DNA of 64,000 nucleotides from Patescibacteria group bacterium (GCA_041671125.1 JBAZCA010000002.1:42634-106633); one strand, 5' to 3'; positions 35,390 to 46,627 are shown, counted from the stretch's first letter. Numbers and translations: made by a program. The notes: generated by a model not told the origin, from the sequence alone.

Positions 35390-35843
35390 ATCCCGAAGGT
35401 TTGATATTAACCACCATAAATTTTTCATTGGTGTTTTTTAGCTGGATTTGGCCCGCCGCTCCGCCCGCCGCTCCGCCGTATGAATTAAAGCGTATCTCGG
35501 CGACGGTCGTGTTCGCGGAGTCAAAAAACACATCAGCGGGCAGGATGACGCTTTTTACCGTTGTCGTGGCCGTTCCCAGGGAAAGAAGGCTGTAGGAGTC
35601 GCCTGAGATGTCAAGGGAAATTAAATGGACAGTCTGCTCGGTTACGGTTAACTGCTGAGCGAGCCGGAGGTCGGCGGCAAGCATTCTTCCGGCCGCGGTT
35701 AGTTTCAGATTGGGCTGGAATTTGGTGAGATAGGGGATAGTGATAGCCGTTAACAAGGCCATTATGGAAATAACAATCACAATTTCAATAAGGGTAAAAC
35801 CTTTCTGTTTTTTACTAACCATAACGGGTAACGGGTAACGCAC
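35370..35843 (-). CDS. type IV (pseudo)pilin
   Basis: KGFTLIEIVIVISIMALL canonical prepilin N-terminus. Confidence 0.75.
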   Translation of the reverse strand: MRYPLPVMVSKKQKGFTLIEIVIVISIMALLTAITIPYLTKFQPNLKLTAAGRMLAADLRLAQQLTVTEQTVHLISLDISGDSYSLLSLGTATTTVKSVILPADVFFDSANTTVAEIRFNSYGGAAGGAAGQIQLKNTNEKFMVVNIKPSGYVELKD

Positions 35844-35884
35844 ATAATACTTACTCCACGTTATGCGTTACGCTTCGCTATTAA

Positions 35885-37018
35885 TTATATCGCCGTCGTC
35901 AGGCTGTACATCGGCATGATAATCGCCACAGCCATAGCGCCGATACCGCAGCCAAGGACAAGTATAAGAAGTGGCTCAATAAGCGACGGCAGGGTTTCCA
36001 TTATCTGGAACACTTCCTCTTCGTAAAATTCCGCTAATTCGGAAAGAATACTGTCCAGCTCGCCGGTTTCTTCGCCTACCGCTACCATCTGGGTCACCAG
36101 CGGCGGGAATAATGACGGGTAAGCCGAAAGCGTGTCGCTGATTTTTCCGCCTTTTTTTATTTTCTCCCCGGCGGCCTGAAGAGCCTCGCGGTAATGAAGA
36201 TTGGGCGAAACGCTGGCCGCAATTTGAAACGATTTTATAATCATAATATCAGTCCTTAAAAGGGAACCCATAACCCGGGCAAAATTGGCAAGATTGATTT
36301 TTTTTATGATTGGGGAAAAAACCGGAGCGCGTAGCGTTAAAAACTGGAAATAATATTTTCCTTTCTTGGTGCGAAGAACTACTGTAAATGAAATAATTAT
36401 ACCGATGAATATTGCGGCGCTCACGGCTCCGTTGGTGACAATCGCGTTAGACACGCCAATGAGGATTTTTGTCGGCAGGGGTAATTCAGCGCTAAAGCCT
36501 TCAAACATGTCGGTTATTTTAGGGACGATAAAAATTATCATGAACGCGCCGATTCCGGACATGGCTAATAGCACGATTACCGGATAAGCCAGCGCGCTTT
36601 TTACTTTTGATTTCAACTCATGACTCCTCTTAGACTGGATATAAACCTGACCGAGAACCTCTTCCAGTTTACCGGAGACTTCTCCGGCTTCAATCATGTT
36701 TATAAATAGTTCACCAAAAATTCTTTCGTGGCTTTGCAGGCTTTCGTGAAAGCTTTCCCCTTTTTCCACTCTTAAGGCTATATCCGTAAGGACGTTTTTA
36801 AATTTTTTGTTTTCGGATTGACGGGCTAGAGTCCTTAATGACGAGGAAAGGGAAATACCGGCTTTAAGCATAATACCCAAATTGCGGAGAAAAAAAAGTT
36901 TTTCTTTTTCCGGCACCGTTGAAAATTTAAGGAGTAAGCCGTTTATTTTGTCATTCAGGCCGGGCTTATTGATCTCATCCCGAGGCGCTGTTTGGACGTT
37001 TTTTAAAGTAACAGCCAT
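35885..37018 (-). CDS. pilC: type IV pilus platform protein PilC (GspF family)
   Basis: Two GspF repeats with 3 TM segments. Confidence 0.85.
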   Translation of the reverse strand: MAVTLKNVQTAPRDEINKPGLNDKINGLLLKFSTVPEKEKLFFLRNLGIMLKAGISLSSSLRTLARQSENKKFKNVLTDIALRVEKGESFHESLQSHERIFGELFINMIEAGEVSGKLEEVLGQVYIQSKRSHELKSKVKSALAYPVIVLLAMSGIGAFMIIFIVPKITDMFEGFSAELPLPTKILIGVSNAIVTNGAVSAAIFIGIIISFTVVLRTKKGKYYFQFLTLRAPVFSPIIKKINLANFARVMGSLLRTDIMIIKSFQIAASVSPNLHYREALQAAGEKIKKGGKISDTLSAYPSLFPPLVTQMVAVGEETGELDSILSELAEFYEEEVFQIMETLPSLIEPLLILVLGCGIGAMAVAIIMPMYSLTTAI

Positions 37019-37026
37019 AAATGCGG

Positions 37027-38748
37027 TTATTCTTTAGTCACTCTCAAAATTTCTTCAAGGGTGGTTATGCCGTTTTTGGCTTTAATAAATCCATCCTCAA
37101 CCATGTAAATCATGTCCTGCTTCCGGGCTGCTTCCTCAATATCCGGCAGGTCGGCTTTTTTGAGGAGTAAATTGGAGACTTCGTCGTTTATTTCCAGAGT
37201 CTCATAAATTCCGATCCGGCCTTTATAGCCGGAATTTTTGCATTTAATACAGCCTTTTCCCCGATAAAAAAGCATAGTCTCTAGTCCTTTTTTAGCGTCG
37301 GTGATAACTTTTTCTTTTTCCATGGTGAGGAGGATATTTTTTACGTTAAGATGTTTTTTAATATCAGCGACAGTTTCAGGCGAAAGGTTATAGCTTTGAA
37401 TGCAGTTGGGACAAATTTTACGAACCAGCCGTTGGGCGATTATGATATTCACGGTTGAGGCAAGCAGAAAATTTGGAACCCCCATTTGTGAAAGCCGGGG
37501 CAGGGTGGTTATGGCATCATTAGTGTGCAGGGTGGAGAGGACCAGATGCCCGGTCATGGCCGCGTGCACGGCGATCTCGGCGGTTTCGGAGTCCCGAATT
37601 TCTCCGACCATGATTATATTCGGATCCTGCCTTAAAAAAGCCCGAAGTCCCATGGCAAAAGTATAGCCTATCTTCGGGTTAACCTGGGACTGGTTGACGT
37701 GCGGCATGCGGTATTCAATCGGGTCTTCAATGGTGGAAATATTTACTTCCGGACGGTTGAGAATGTTAAGGATGGTATAAAGGGTGGTTGTCTTTCCGGA
37801 TCCTGTCGGGCCGGTAACAAGCGTCATTCCCTGCGGTTTGCTGATATTTGCTTTTACCGTTTCAAGGCAGCGCGTTTGCAGTCCTAGCTGTTCCAGGGTG
37901 AGGACCTGGGATTTTTCGTTTAAGAGGCGCATGACTATTTTTTCGCCGTCAAAAGTCGGAATAATGGAAACCCGGAAGGAAATTTTATAGTCCGCGTTGG
38001 CAATTTTAAATCGGCCATCCTGCGGCAGCCGGTGTTCGTCTACTTTAAGATTGGTTAGGACTTTTATTCTCGCCGTGATGCCGGCCTGGAGCTCTTTGGG
38101 CAAAGTCATGACCGTATTTAAAATTCCATCGATCCGGTAGCGAACCAATACATCGCGCTCCTCTGGTTCAATATGAATGTCCGAAGCTTCCTCAAAAATC
38201 GCGTATTCTAGCAAAGTATCCACTACCCGGACAATCGGCAGATCAGCGGCCATCTTTTTCAAATCTCCCGAAGTCTCAAGGAATTTTCCATCGCGTATAT
38301 CCCCAAATTCAGCTTTAAGGCTTTTATGGTAAGCCTTTAAGGAATCCTCTATGGCTTCGGGGAGAGCGAGGTTGATTTTAGGTTCCAGTCCGGTCTTTTT
38401 TTTTATAAATTCAAAGGTCTGAATATCGGTAGGATCAATAACCGCGAGCATTATTTCTTTGTCGTCCGCGTTAAAAGATATAACCCGATGGGCCGAAGCG
38501 AGCGGCTCTGGTATAAGCTCGAGTATATCTTTTCTTATGATTTTATCCTTTAAGTTAACGAAAGGGACTTTGTAATAGCCGGCGGCGGCCTCGTAAAGGG
38601 AAGTGATGTTTAATATTTTTTTTTCAAAAATATATTCTTCAATTTTCTTTCCGCGCTTTTGGGATTCCTTTTCCACCTCGCCGAATTCCTTTTCAGAAAG
38701 AATTTTTTGCTTAACAAGAATATTTTTTAGTTGGACATTCGTAAACAT
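37027..38748 (-). CDS. pilB: type IV pilus assembly ATPase PilB (GspE family)
   Basis: Walker A GPTGSGKTTT, Asp box, His box and a tetracysteine CPNC...CIKC. Confidence 0.9.
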   Translation of the reverse strand: MFTNVQLKNILVKQKILSEKEFGEVEKESQKRGKKIEEYIFEKKILNITSLYEAAAGYYKVPFVNLKDKIIRKDILELIPEPLASAHRVISFNADDKEIMLAVIDPTDIQTFEFIKKKTGLEPKINLALPEAIEDSLKAYHKSLKAEFGDIRDGKFLETSGDLKKMAADLPIVRVVDTLLEYAIFEEASDIHIEPEERDVLVRYRIDGILNTVMTLPKELQAGITARIKVLTNLKVDEHRLPQDGRFKIANADYKISFRVSIIPTFDGEKIVMRLLNEKSQVLTLEQLGLQTRCLETVKANISKPQGMTLVTGPTGSGKTTTLYTILNILNRPEVNISTIEDPIEYRMPHVNQSQVNPKIGYTFAMGLRAFLRQDPNIIMVGEIRDSETAEIAVHAAMTGHLVLSTLHTNDAITTLPRLSQMGVPNFLLASTVNIIIAQRLVRKICPNCIQSYNLSPETVADIKKHLNVKNILLTMEKEKVITDAKKGLETMLFYRGKGCIKCKNSGYKGRIGIYETLEINDEVSNLLLKKADLPDIEEAARKQDMIYMVEDGFIKAKNGITTLEEILRVTKE

Positions 38749-38916
38749 GATAAATTATGAACTATGAGTTATGAATGTTTAAGTTTGGATATTCATAAAT
38801 TATAGTTTTTGATTTCACTAAGCTTTCGTTTAATGTTTTTTATTATACCACAAATTTTACAAATCCAAAAATTATGTGCTCTTCATTTTTTTACCTGTTT
38901 ATGATAAGTTAATAAT

Positions 38917-39318
38917 ATGGTGAAATACACAATAAATTTCTACACTTTCCGTCAGGATGCCAAAGAGCGTTTTTTGGAGTTTGCGGCTTTGCCTAGGCAG
39001 AAAGCCTTTATGGCTCTAAACTTGTCGGCTCTGATATTGATTTCTTTTATCGCCGTCACGATCATAAGAAGCTCTTCGCAGGATCTTTTGATTCTCCATT
39101 ACAATGTCGCTACCGGCGTTGACTTTATTGGCGACGAGAAAAATCTTCTAATTTTTCCCGCGCTGAGTTTTTTGTTTATCACCGTAAATACCGCGCTTTC
39201 GCTGGTTGTAAAAAAAGAAAGGAGTTTCTCCGGTTATCTTTTGCAGGCCGGATGCCTTGTTTGTAACGCCATACTTCTTTTATCGCTGGCCATTGTTTAT
39301 GTTGTTAACTTCAGGTAA
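38917..39318 (+). CDS. hypothetical membrane protein
   Basis: 3-4 predicted TM helices. Confidence 0.4.
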   Translation: MVKYTINFYTFRQDAKERFLEFAALPRQKAFMALNLSALILISFIAVTIIRSSSQDLLILHYNVATGVDFIGDEKNLLIFPALSFLFITVNTALSLVVKKERSFSGYLLQAGCLVCNAILLLSLAIVYVVNFR

Positions 39319-39386
39319 CTCCGCGAGTAATAAATCTGCCTTACCGCCTCTTTTTTGTCCTGTCGGCGCCAGTCTGGAGTCAAATT

Positions 39387-40466
39387 TTGCTAATTAAAAT
39401 TAATAAGTCAATCCTAAATATGTCCGATTTTAATATTATAAGAGTTCTATTTTTTGCTTCTTTGGCCTTCATTTTCACTATGGCCTGGACTCCGTTATTT
39501 ACCAATTTTGTTTTTAAATACCGCTTGGGCAAGCAAATCCGGAACGATGGCTCAACGCCGATATTCTCCCGGCTTCACGCCCACAAAGCCGGAACGCCGA
39601 CTATGGGTGGCATGCTGGTTTGGGTGACTGTTTTTCTTTTTTCAGTCGGATTCTATTACCTGTCAAAACTGCCATGGGAAGTTTTTTCCGGCCTGAATTT
39701 TCTTTCGCGGGCCGAGACCCTGCTGCCGCTTGGCTGCCTGATTTCTTCCGCATTAGTCGGCTTGGCCGACGATTACCTTGATGTCCGGCGCCTTGGACAT
39801 AACAAACGGGGAATTAAATTTAGCCATAAACTGGTAATTTACACTCTAATCGCTCTAGTCGGCGCGCTTTGGTTCTTTTTTAAACTGGAATGGGATATTG
39901 TCCGCGTGCCGTTTTTGGGACTTTTTCATTTTGGCTGGCTTTATATCTTGTTTTTTATCACTGTTGTCGTCGGCACCGCTTTTTCCGTCAACCAAACTGA
40001 CGGACTTGACGGCTTGGCCGGAGGAATACTGTTAAGTTCTTTTATTGCTTATGGAGTAATTGCTTTTTTAATGGGTAAATACGATTTGGCGGCTTTTTGC
40101 TCGGTTATCGTCGGCTCGCTTTTAGCATTCTTATGGTTTAACATCAATCCGGCTAGGTTCTACATGGGTGATACCGGATCTATTTCGCTCGGCGTAACTT
40201 TGGCGTTGGTGGCGCTTTATACCAACACCGTTTTTATTTTGCCTTTTATAGGACTGGTTTTTATCCTTGAAGCCGGATCTACGATCCTTCAAATCTTATC
40301 CAAAAAATTCCGTCGCGGAAAAAAAATATTCTTATCTTCTCCGATCCACCATCATTTTGAAGCCCGGGGCTGGTCTGAACCGAAAATAGTTATGCGTTTC
40401 TGGGTTATCGCCTGGATTTCGGCCGCGATCGGTATGATTGTATTTATTCTGGATAAACAGTTTTAA
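39387..40466 (+). CDS. mraY: phospho-N-acetylmuramoyl-pentapeptide transferase
   Basis: DDYLDV, NQTDGLDGLAGG and HHHFE motifs. Confidence 0.9.
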   Translation: MLIKINKSILNMSDFNIIRVLFFASLAFIFTMAWTPLFTNFVFKYRLGKQIRNDGSTPIFSRLHAHKAGTPTMGGMLVWVTVFLFSVGFYYLSKLPWEVFSGLNFLSRAETLLPLGCLISSALVGLADDYLDVRRLGHNKRGIKFSHKLVIYTLIALVGALWFFFKLEWDIVRVPFLGLFHFGWLYILFFITVVVGTAFSVNQTDGLDGLAGGILLSSFIAYGVIAFLMGKYDLAAFCSVIVGSLLAFLWFNINPARFYMGDTGSISLGVTLALVALYTNTVFILPFIGLVFILEAGSTILQILSKKFRRGKKIFLSSPIHHHFEARGWSEPKIVMRFWVIAWISAAIGMIVFILDKQF

Positions 40467-40471
40467 TTAAT

Positions 40472-41602
40472 ATGGCTTTCCGTCAAAAAATAGATTATCC
40501 CGCCAGTCGGGCGCCGCGCCAATCCGGCGATAATATTTTTTTAGCCCTGGTGGGAATTTTATCGCTGTTCGGCCTCATCGCCCTTTTAAGCGCTTCATCG
40601 GCCAAATCGTACATAAAATACGCCGACAGCTATTACATAATCAAACATCAGCTCTTCTTCCTTATTATAGGGATCGCCTTTTTTCTCATCGCAACCAAAG
40701 TCAGCTACGGAGTCTGGAAAAAAAACGCCCGCTGGATGCTTATTTTCTCCATCTTCCTCTTAATCCTTGTTTTTATTCCCGGTCTCCGTGGTGATTGGGG
40801 AACAGCCCGAAGCTGGATAAACATCTTTGGATTTTCAATCCAGCCTTCCGAATTCGTTAAGATTTCATTTCTTTTATACCTCGCCGCCTGGTTGGAAAAA
40901 AGAAAAGGTGATTTAAGGGATATGGAAAAGGGAACTCTGCCTTTTATATTTATTCTCGGAATTATCGCCGCCCTCATGCTAATGCAGCCCGACTTCGGCA
41001 CTCTTTCCATAATCTGCGCCGGCTCTTTGATAGTTTATTTCGTTGCCGGGGGAAAAATCCGTCACATTGTCACCATATTATTTATCGGAGCTATCTGCCT
41101 TTTTGCCATGCTACAAGTAAAAGAATATCAAAGGAATCGTTTCCGTTGCCTTATTGATCCGGGTTTTGATACTCAAAAAGTCTGTTACCAAACTAACCAG
41201 GCCCTGATAGCCGTCGGTTCGGGAGGAATCTTCGGGCGCGGCCTCGGCGCTTCAAGGCAGAAATTTTTTTATCTTCCTGAACCGACCGGTGACTCAATAT
41301 TCGCGATAATTACCGAGGAAATGGGGTTTGCGTCCGGTCTTACTCTTATTATACTTTACACTCTTGTTTTTTACCGGGGTTATAAAATTTCCGTAAACGC
41401 GCCGGATGACTACGGAAAGATTCTTGGGCTCGGGCTTACAAGCTGGATAACCATGCAGGCTTTTATCAACATCGGAGGGATAATAAACCTCTTTCCTATG
41501 ACCGGCGTTCCTCTGCCTTTTATAAGCCAGGGAGGATCAGCTATCATATCGGCGCTTGGAGCGGCGGGAATTATTTATAATATAAGCAAGTACTCAAAAT
41601 AA
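40472..41602 (+). CDS. ftsW: SEDS-family cell division protein FtsW
   Basis: SEDS fold located immediately after mraY. Confidence 0.85.
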   Translation: MAFRQKIDYPASRAPRQSGDNIFLALVGILSLFGLIALLSASSAKSYIKYADSYYIIKHQLFFLIIGIAFFLIATKVSYGVWKKNARWMLIFSIFLLILVFIPGLRGDWGTARSWINIFGFSIQPSEFVKISFLLYLAAWLEKRKGDLRDMEKGTLPFIFILGIIAALMLMQPDFGTLSIICAGSLIVYFVAGGKIRHIVTILFIGAICLFAMLQVKEYQRNRFRCLIDPGFDTQKVCYQTNQALIAVGSGGIFGRGLGASRQKFFYLPEPTGDSIFAIITEEMGFASGLTLIILYTLVFYRGYKISVNAPDDYGKILGLGLTSWITMQAFINIGGIINLFPMTGVPLPFISQGGSAIISALGAAGIIYNISKYSK

Positions 41603-41671
41603 ATCCACAATCTTCAATCAGACAATTATCAATTAACGGCGTAAATTGATTGAAAAATTGTAGATTGATTA

Positions 41672-43897
41672 TTGATAATTAATACCATGCGCATCGCTAT
41701 CGTTCATGACCATCTCGGTTTTCGCGGAGGCGGAGAGAGGACCGCCCTATTACTGGCCTTGCACTTAAAGGCTGATTTTATCACGGCCTACGCGCGTGCG
41801 GACACTTTTTCTCAGTATCAGAAAAAATTAGGCATACGGTTGATAAAATTTTCGACCAGAGCGTTAAAAACGCGGGTAATCCGCTTTTTTTGGTTAAGAT
41901 TAATTTTTTGGCGACGGAGAAAAATTTTTAAAAATTATGATATCCTGATCGCTTCCGGCCAAACGGCTACTGAAGCGGTCGCGAATTTTTCCCGCCCCAA
42001 TGCCATAAAAATAGTTTACACCCACTCAACTCCGAGGCGCGTTTTTGACCAATATGAATTAAGCCGTCTTATGTACCCGCTAATCTTAAGGCCGGCTTAC
42101 GCGCTATTCGCCCGTTTTTGGAAAGGCCGTTACCTTAAAGCAATAAAAAAATTTGACGTTAACATTGCCAACTCAGAAAATGTTCGCCAACGAATTCGTA
42201 ACCACACCGGCGGCGAGGCTAACTATGTAATTTGGCCGCCGATTCTTACTAATGAGTTTAAATGGCAGGCAGACGGCGATTATTTTTTTTCCTGGGGTCG
42301 GGTGGATGAATCAAAAAGAATTGAGCTTATTGTCCGCGCTTTTAAGAAAATGCCCAGAGAAAAGCTGGTAGTCGCTTCAGGTGGCCCCCGGCTGAAAAAA
42401 GTCAGGGAAATAGCCGGAGCGGCGAAAAACATAAATATTATTGGCTGGGTTTCGGACAATACGCTTAAAGACCTGGCCGGTAAATGCCGGGCGGCGATTT
42501 ATATACCGATGGACGAAGACGCCGGAATCACCCATCTTGAAGCCAACGCGACCGGAAAACCATATCTCGGAGTCAGGGAAGGCGGGCTTATTGAATCAAC
42601 CGATGACGGCCGGACGGGAATCCTTATTAAAGCTGATCCGGATGAGAATGATATTATTTCCGCGGTTAAAAAGATGACTCCGGACTGGTGCCGGGAACGG
42701 CGGAAAGATTGCGAGGATCACGCGAAAAAATACGGCGCCGAAAAATTTATGGCGCAGATGGACCGGGTAATAAAAGATAATAGCCCCGGCCGTTTGATTC
42801 TCGGGATAGACGCTTCGCGTTGCGAAGATCCGCGCTTTCCGGGCGAGGAAAAAAGAACCGGCGTGGAAATTTATTCAATGAACATAATCAGCTTTCTCAT
42901 CGAGGCTGCCGGCAAGAAAAATATTCGAGTCCGGCTTTATACTCCGCGCCGGATCGCTTACTTTCCTTCGGCCATCCAAAAAGTCATCCCCGGCGGCAAA
43001 GGCTGGACGCGGCGGATGCTCGTGGATGAATTGAAAAATTCTCCCCCAAATTTTTTCTTTACTCCAGCTTACTATATACCCAAAAACGCTCCAAAAAAAA
43101 GTTTCGCCGTAATTCATGATGTAATTTTTAAAACACACCCCGGAGTTTATTCTTTTATGGAAAGGCTTTCGCAGAAGCACGCCTTAGAAAAAAACCTGAA
43201 GCGGGCCGAAAAAATAATTACTGTTTCCGAACATACAAAAAACGAGCTTACCCGGCATTGCCGAGTTTCAGCCGAAAAAGTCGTGTCCATCCCCATGGCA
43301 TATAAATCGCGGGGAGACATTGAGCGTAAAAAGGCGCGGAAAAAACAGATTATTTATATCGGCCGGATTGAAAAGAAAAAATCGGTTGATGTTTTAATTA
43401 AAGCTTTTGGCAAATTTATGAAAAAAAGTGGCGGACTTTCGGCGCGACTAAAACCTTTATCCGGTTGGAAATTGGTTCTAGCCGGGAAACCCGGTTACGG
43501 CTACGAATCAATCATCCGGCTGATCCGCGAATTGAATTTAGCTGATCATGTCCGCCTTGTCGGCTTTGTAAAGGAAGAAGAAAAATGGGGCCTTTTAGCC
43601 GAATCCTCGCTTTTTATCCATCCGAGCTCGCTTGAAGGTTCATCCATTCCACTATATGAAGCCTTTGACGCCGGAATACCTGCGATCGCGGCTGACATTC
43701 CTGTAATGCGAGAAAACGGTCGGGATGCGGTTCTATTTTTTAAGCCGGGGGACAAAAATGACCTGGCAGAAAAAATAACAAAACTCACCAGCGACGATAT
43801 TTTGCGAAAAAATTTAACGGCTAACGGCTCTAAGGCGCTAAAGGGATTATCCTGGGAAAATGCCGCTGAATCAATTCTCAGTATAATAGCCGGCTGA
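41672..43897 (+). CDS. tandem-domain GT4 (GT-B) glycosyltransferase
   Basis: Two consecutive GT-B modules, each with a C-terminal E-x7-E-like region (IESTDDGRTGIL and EGSSIPLYEAFDAGIP). Confidence 0.75.
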   Translation: MIINTMRIAIVHDHLGFRGGGERTALLLALHLKADFITAYARADTFSQYQKKLGIRLIKFSTRALKTRVIRFFWLRLIFWRRRKIFKNYDILIASGQTATEAVANFSRPNAIKIVYTHSTPRRVFDQYELSRLMYPLILRPAYALFARFWKGRYLKAIKKFDVNIANSENVRQRIRNHTGGEANYVIWPPILTNEFKWQADGDYFFSWGRVDESKRIELIVRAFKKMPREKLVVASGGPRLKKVREIAGAAKNINIIGWVSDNTLKDLAGKCRAAIYIPMDEDAGITHLEANATGKPYLGVREGGLIESTDDGRTGILIKADPDENDIISAVKKMTPDWCRERRKDCEDHAKKYGAEKFMAQMDRVIKDNSPGRLILGIDASRCEDPRFPGEEKRTGVEIYSMNIISFLIEAAGKKNIRVRLYTPRRIAYFPSAIQKVIPGGKGWTRRMLVDELKNSPPNFFFTPAYYIPKNAPKKSFAVIHDVIFKTHPGVYSFMERLSQKHALEKNLKRAEKIITVSEHTKNELTRHCRVSAEKVVSIPMAYKSRGDIERKKARKKQIIYIGRIEKKKSVDVLIKAFGKFMKKSGGLSARLKPLSGWKLVLAGKPGYGYESIIRLIRELNLADHVRLVGFVKEEEKWGLLAESSLFIHPSSLEGSSIPLYEAFDAGIPAIAADIPVMRENGRDAVLFFKPGDKNDLAEKITKLTSDDILRKNLTANGSKALKGLSWENAAESILSIIAG

Positions 43898-43969
43898 CGT
43901 TTATTCGGTAATATGTTATAATGCAAATACGGCAGGCGGCTTGGCACCCGCCGACTTACTAATCAACTC

Positions 43970-46555
43970 ATGTCAAAAAAAAGGAAAAATAATCTTGCGG
44001 CAGAGACCTTCGCGGACAACCCGTCCCGGTTTGTTATTGATCTTACGTCCGGACAGGGTGAAGCTGTCCCAAAAAAAAGGGGCGGATTGTTCTCCAGCAT
44101 TAAAGAAAAGAAAATTAAAGCGCCAAAAATAAGCCGGGATATTTTTACGTCCGGCCTGAGTGTCGCGTCAAAATTAAAAAAATTGGCATTTTTTTCACTA
44201 CTTATTTTTGTTTATAAGGCCGTTAAGGCGGTTTTTACGGTTTTATTCAGGCTTTCGTACGGAACAGGCTGGCTTATGGTTTTTAGCGTAAAATTAATCG
44301 TAAATTTCTCGCTTGCCTTGTTTAAGCCGGCCATTCTCGCGATTGGCTGGTTATTTAAAATTTTTACCCGGGAGCTTAGAAGCGGCGGAAAAAAAATATA
44401 TTCAGCCGGTCTGAACGCGGTAAAAAGTTTTTCCTTAAAATCTTTCAGGCGGGAAATTACTAGCATTTTAGGCGGGAGCAAGACAAAGATAAGCTGGAAT
44501 CTTATTATTCCCCGGCCAAATTCAAAATCAGCCAGAGCGGCGCTCTCATTCCTTTTTTTTGCCGCCGCGTTAATCATTCCGGTTAAAGCCTTTTCTTATT
44601 ATAAAGAATTAAACTTTTCGACCGCCAAAGGCAAAGTGCTCGGAATTTCCATGGACGCTATCGGTAATATCGTATCCGCCGGATCAGCTTTGGGAGGGTT
44701 GCGGTTTTCCGAGGCCGGCGAAAATTTTTCCCGGGCTTCGGAGGATTTTCTTGCCGCCGAAAATGAAGTAAAAAAAATTAATAACGCGCTTTTTATTCTC
44801 GCCGGACTGGCGCCGGATGAGAAATTAAGGCTCGCTTCGGAAGGAAAAGACATTTTAGCGGCCGGAAAATTGGCCGGGGAACTCGGGAAAAACTTTTCAG
44901 CGGCCATGGGCTCATTATTTTCCCTGACCGAAAAAAAAGCAGAGGGTGAAAAAAATTTAATGGACGTCCTGAGTGAATTCGCCCCGAAAATAAGCGAAGC
45001 CAAAAATAATTGCCATGAATTGAACGCGATGCTGAAAAAAATCAGCTTAAATAATATTCCGGACGACCAGAAAGAAAATTTTAGCCAGGTAATCCTGGCC
45101 GGGGAAAAAACCGAAAAGACATTGGCCGACGTCTTATCCCTTTCTGAAACTCTTTATAACGCCCTTGGCGGCCGGGGAAAAAAGCGCTATCTTTTAGTAT
45201 TCCAGAATAACTCCGAGATGAGAGGCAGCGGCGGTTTTATTGGCAGTTTTGCCATACTGGACATGGACAAAGGAAAAATCAAGAGCCTTGAAGTCCCGGC
45301 CGGCGGCGGATATGATACCAAAGGCGCCCTGACCGCGTTAATCCGAACTCCCGAGCCGCTAAGCATCCTTGGGCCGAGATGGTTTTTTTGGGATGCTAAC
45401 TGGTGGCCGGATTGGCCGAAGTCAGCGGAAAAACTGATGTGGTTTTATGAAAAAAGCGACGGATCAACGGTTGACGGCTGTATCGGCCTTACTCCGTCGG
45501 TCATGGAAAAACTTCTTTCGGCGATTGGTCCGGTTGACATGGCCGCGGATTATGGTATTACCGTGAACGCCGAAAATTTCTGGGCTGAAACGCAATCCAT
45601 AACCGAGAGCGACGAAATGAGGGCGGGTGGCAAGCCGAAAAAAATAATCGGTGACTTAATGAAAAAAATTATGGACGAACTGCCGTCGCGAGTTAACCGG
45701 GATAATCTTGCCGCAATCGCCCGAGCGATAGAATCCGGCCTTAACGAAAAACAAGCGCTTATTTATTCGTCCGAATCCGGACTTCAAAAAGAAATTGAAA
45801 GATACGGCTGGGACGGAAAAATAGGGGAGACGGCCGGAGATTATTTAATGGTCGCGAACGCCAATATCGGCGGCCAAAAAACCGACCGGGTAATCAGGCA
45901 AACCATAAGGCACAAGGCCGAGGTCAGCCCGGACGGAACGATTATTGACACCCTAAAAATCATCAGGGCGCACGATGGTATTGAAAGGGAGATTTTTACC
46001 GGCGCCAGGAATGTTGACTGGATAAGGATTTACGTTCCGGCCGGAACGGAACTGCTTGAGGCTTACGGTTTTGATCCCGTAGACCAAAGCCTTTACAAAG
46101 AGAGCTACAACAAACTCTCTGATGATCCGGATATATTAGCCGGAGAGGGTTCGGCGAAGATCCACGCGCCAAGCCAAACTAAAATTTATAACGAGCTGGG
46201 GAAAACGGTTTTTGCCAACTGGTCCCAGCTTGATCCGGGAAAGACTGCTGAAATCGTCCTTAAGTACCGCCTGCCTTTTAAATTTTCCGGCGAAAAAGAG
46301 ACGAACGGATTAATGGAAATTGCCAGCAATTTTTTTAATCCCGGAAAAACCGAAATTTACCCTTACAGCCTTAAGGCGGAAAAACAGCCTGGAAGCTCTA
46401 ACGTAAATTTTGAAAGCGTTTTAACTCTTCCTAAAAATTTTAAAACAATCTGGCATTACCCTGAAAATCCTGCTATCATGGATAATGGTTGGAATATTCG
46501 GGATGATTTAAATACTGATAAATATTTTGCTGTGCTTGTTGAAAAGACTGAATGA
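43970..46555 (+). CDS. DUF4012-domain membrane-anchored protein
   Basis: N-terminal TM region and a central YLLVFQNNSEMRGSGGFIGSFAIL, recalled as the DUF4012 core motif. Confidence 0.55.
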   Translation: MSKKRKNNLAAETFADNPSRFVIDLTSGQGEAVPKKRGGLFSSIKEKKIKAPKISRDIFTSGLSVASKLKKLAFFSLLIFVYKAVKAVFTVLFRLSYGTGWLMVFSVKLIVNFSLALFKPAILAIGWLFKIFTRELRSGGKKIYSAGLNAVKSFSLKSFRREITSILGGSKTKISWNLIIPRPNSKSARAALSFLFFAAALIIPVKAFSYYKELNFSTAKGKVLGISMDAIGNIVSAGSALGGLRFSEAGENFSRASEDFLAAENEVKKINNALFILAGLAPDEKLRLASEGKDILAAGKLAGELGKNFSAAMGSLFSLTEKKAEGEKNLMDVLSEFAPKISEAKNNCHELNAMLKKISLNNIPDDQKENFSQVILAGEKTEKTLADVLSLSETLYNALGGRGKKRYLLVFQNNSEMRGSGGFIGSFAILDMDKGKIKSLEVPAGGGYDTKGALTALIRTPEPLSILGPRWFFWDANWWPDWPKSAEKLMWFYEKSDGSTVDGCIGLTPSVMEKLLSAIGPVDMAADYGITVNAENFWAETQSITESDEMRAGGKPKKIIGDLMKKIMDELPSRVNRDNLAAIARAIESGLNEKQALIYSSESGLQKEIERYGWDGKIGETAGDYLMVANANIGGQKTDRVIRQTIRHKAEVSPDGTIIDTLKIIRAHDGIEREIFTGARNVDWIRIYVPAGTELLEAYGFDPVDQSLYKESYNKLSDDPDILAGEGSAKIHAPSQTKIYNELGKTVFANWSQLDPGKTAEIVLKYRLPFKFSGEKETNGLMEIASNFFNPGKTEIYPYSLKAEKQPGSSNVNFESVLTLPKNFKTIWHYPENPAIMDNGWNIRDDLNTDKYFAVLVEKTE

Positions 46556-46627
46556 CTGTAAAAATTTTAAATGATAAATAATCCAAGTTTTAGCCGTTTG
46601 AGATTTATTTAAAATTTTATCGTTCTT

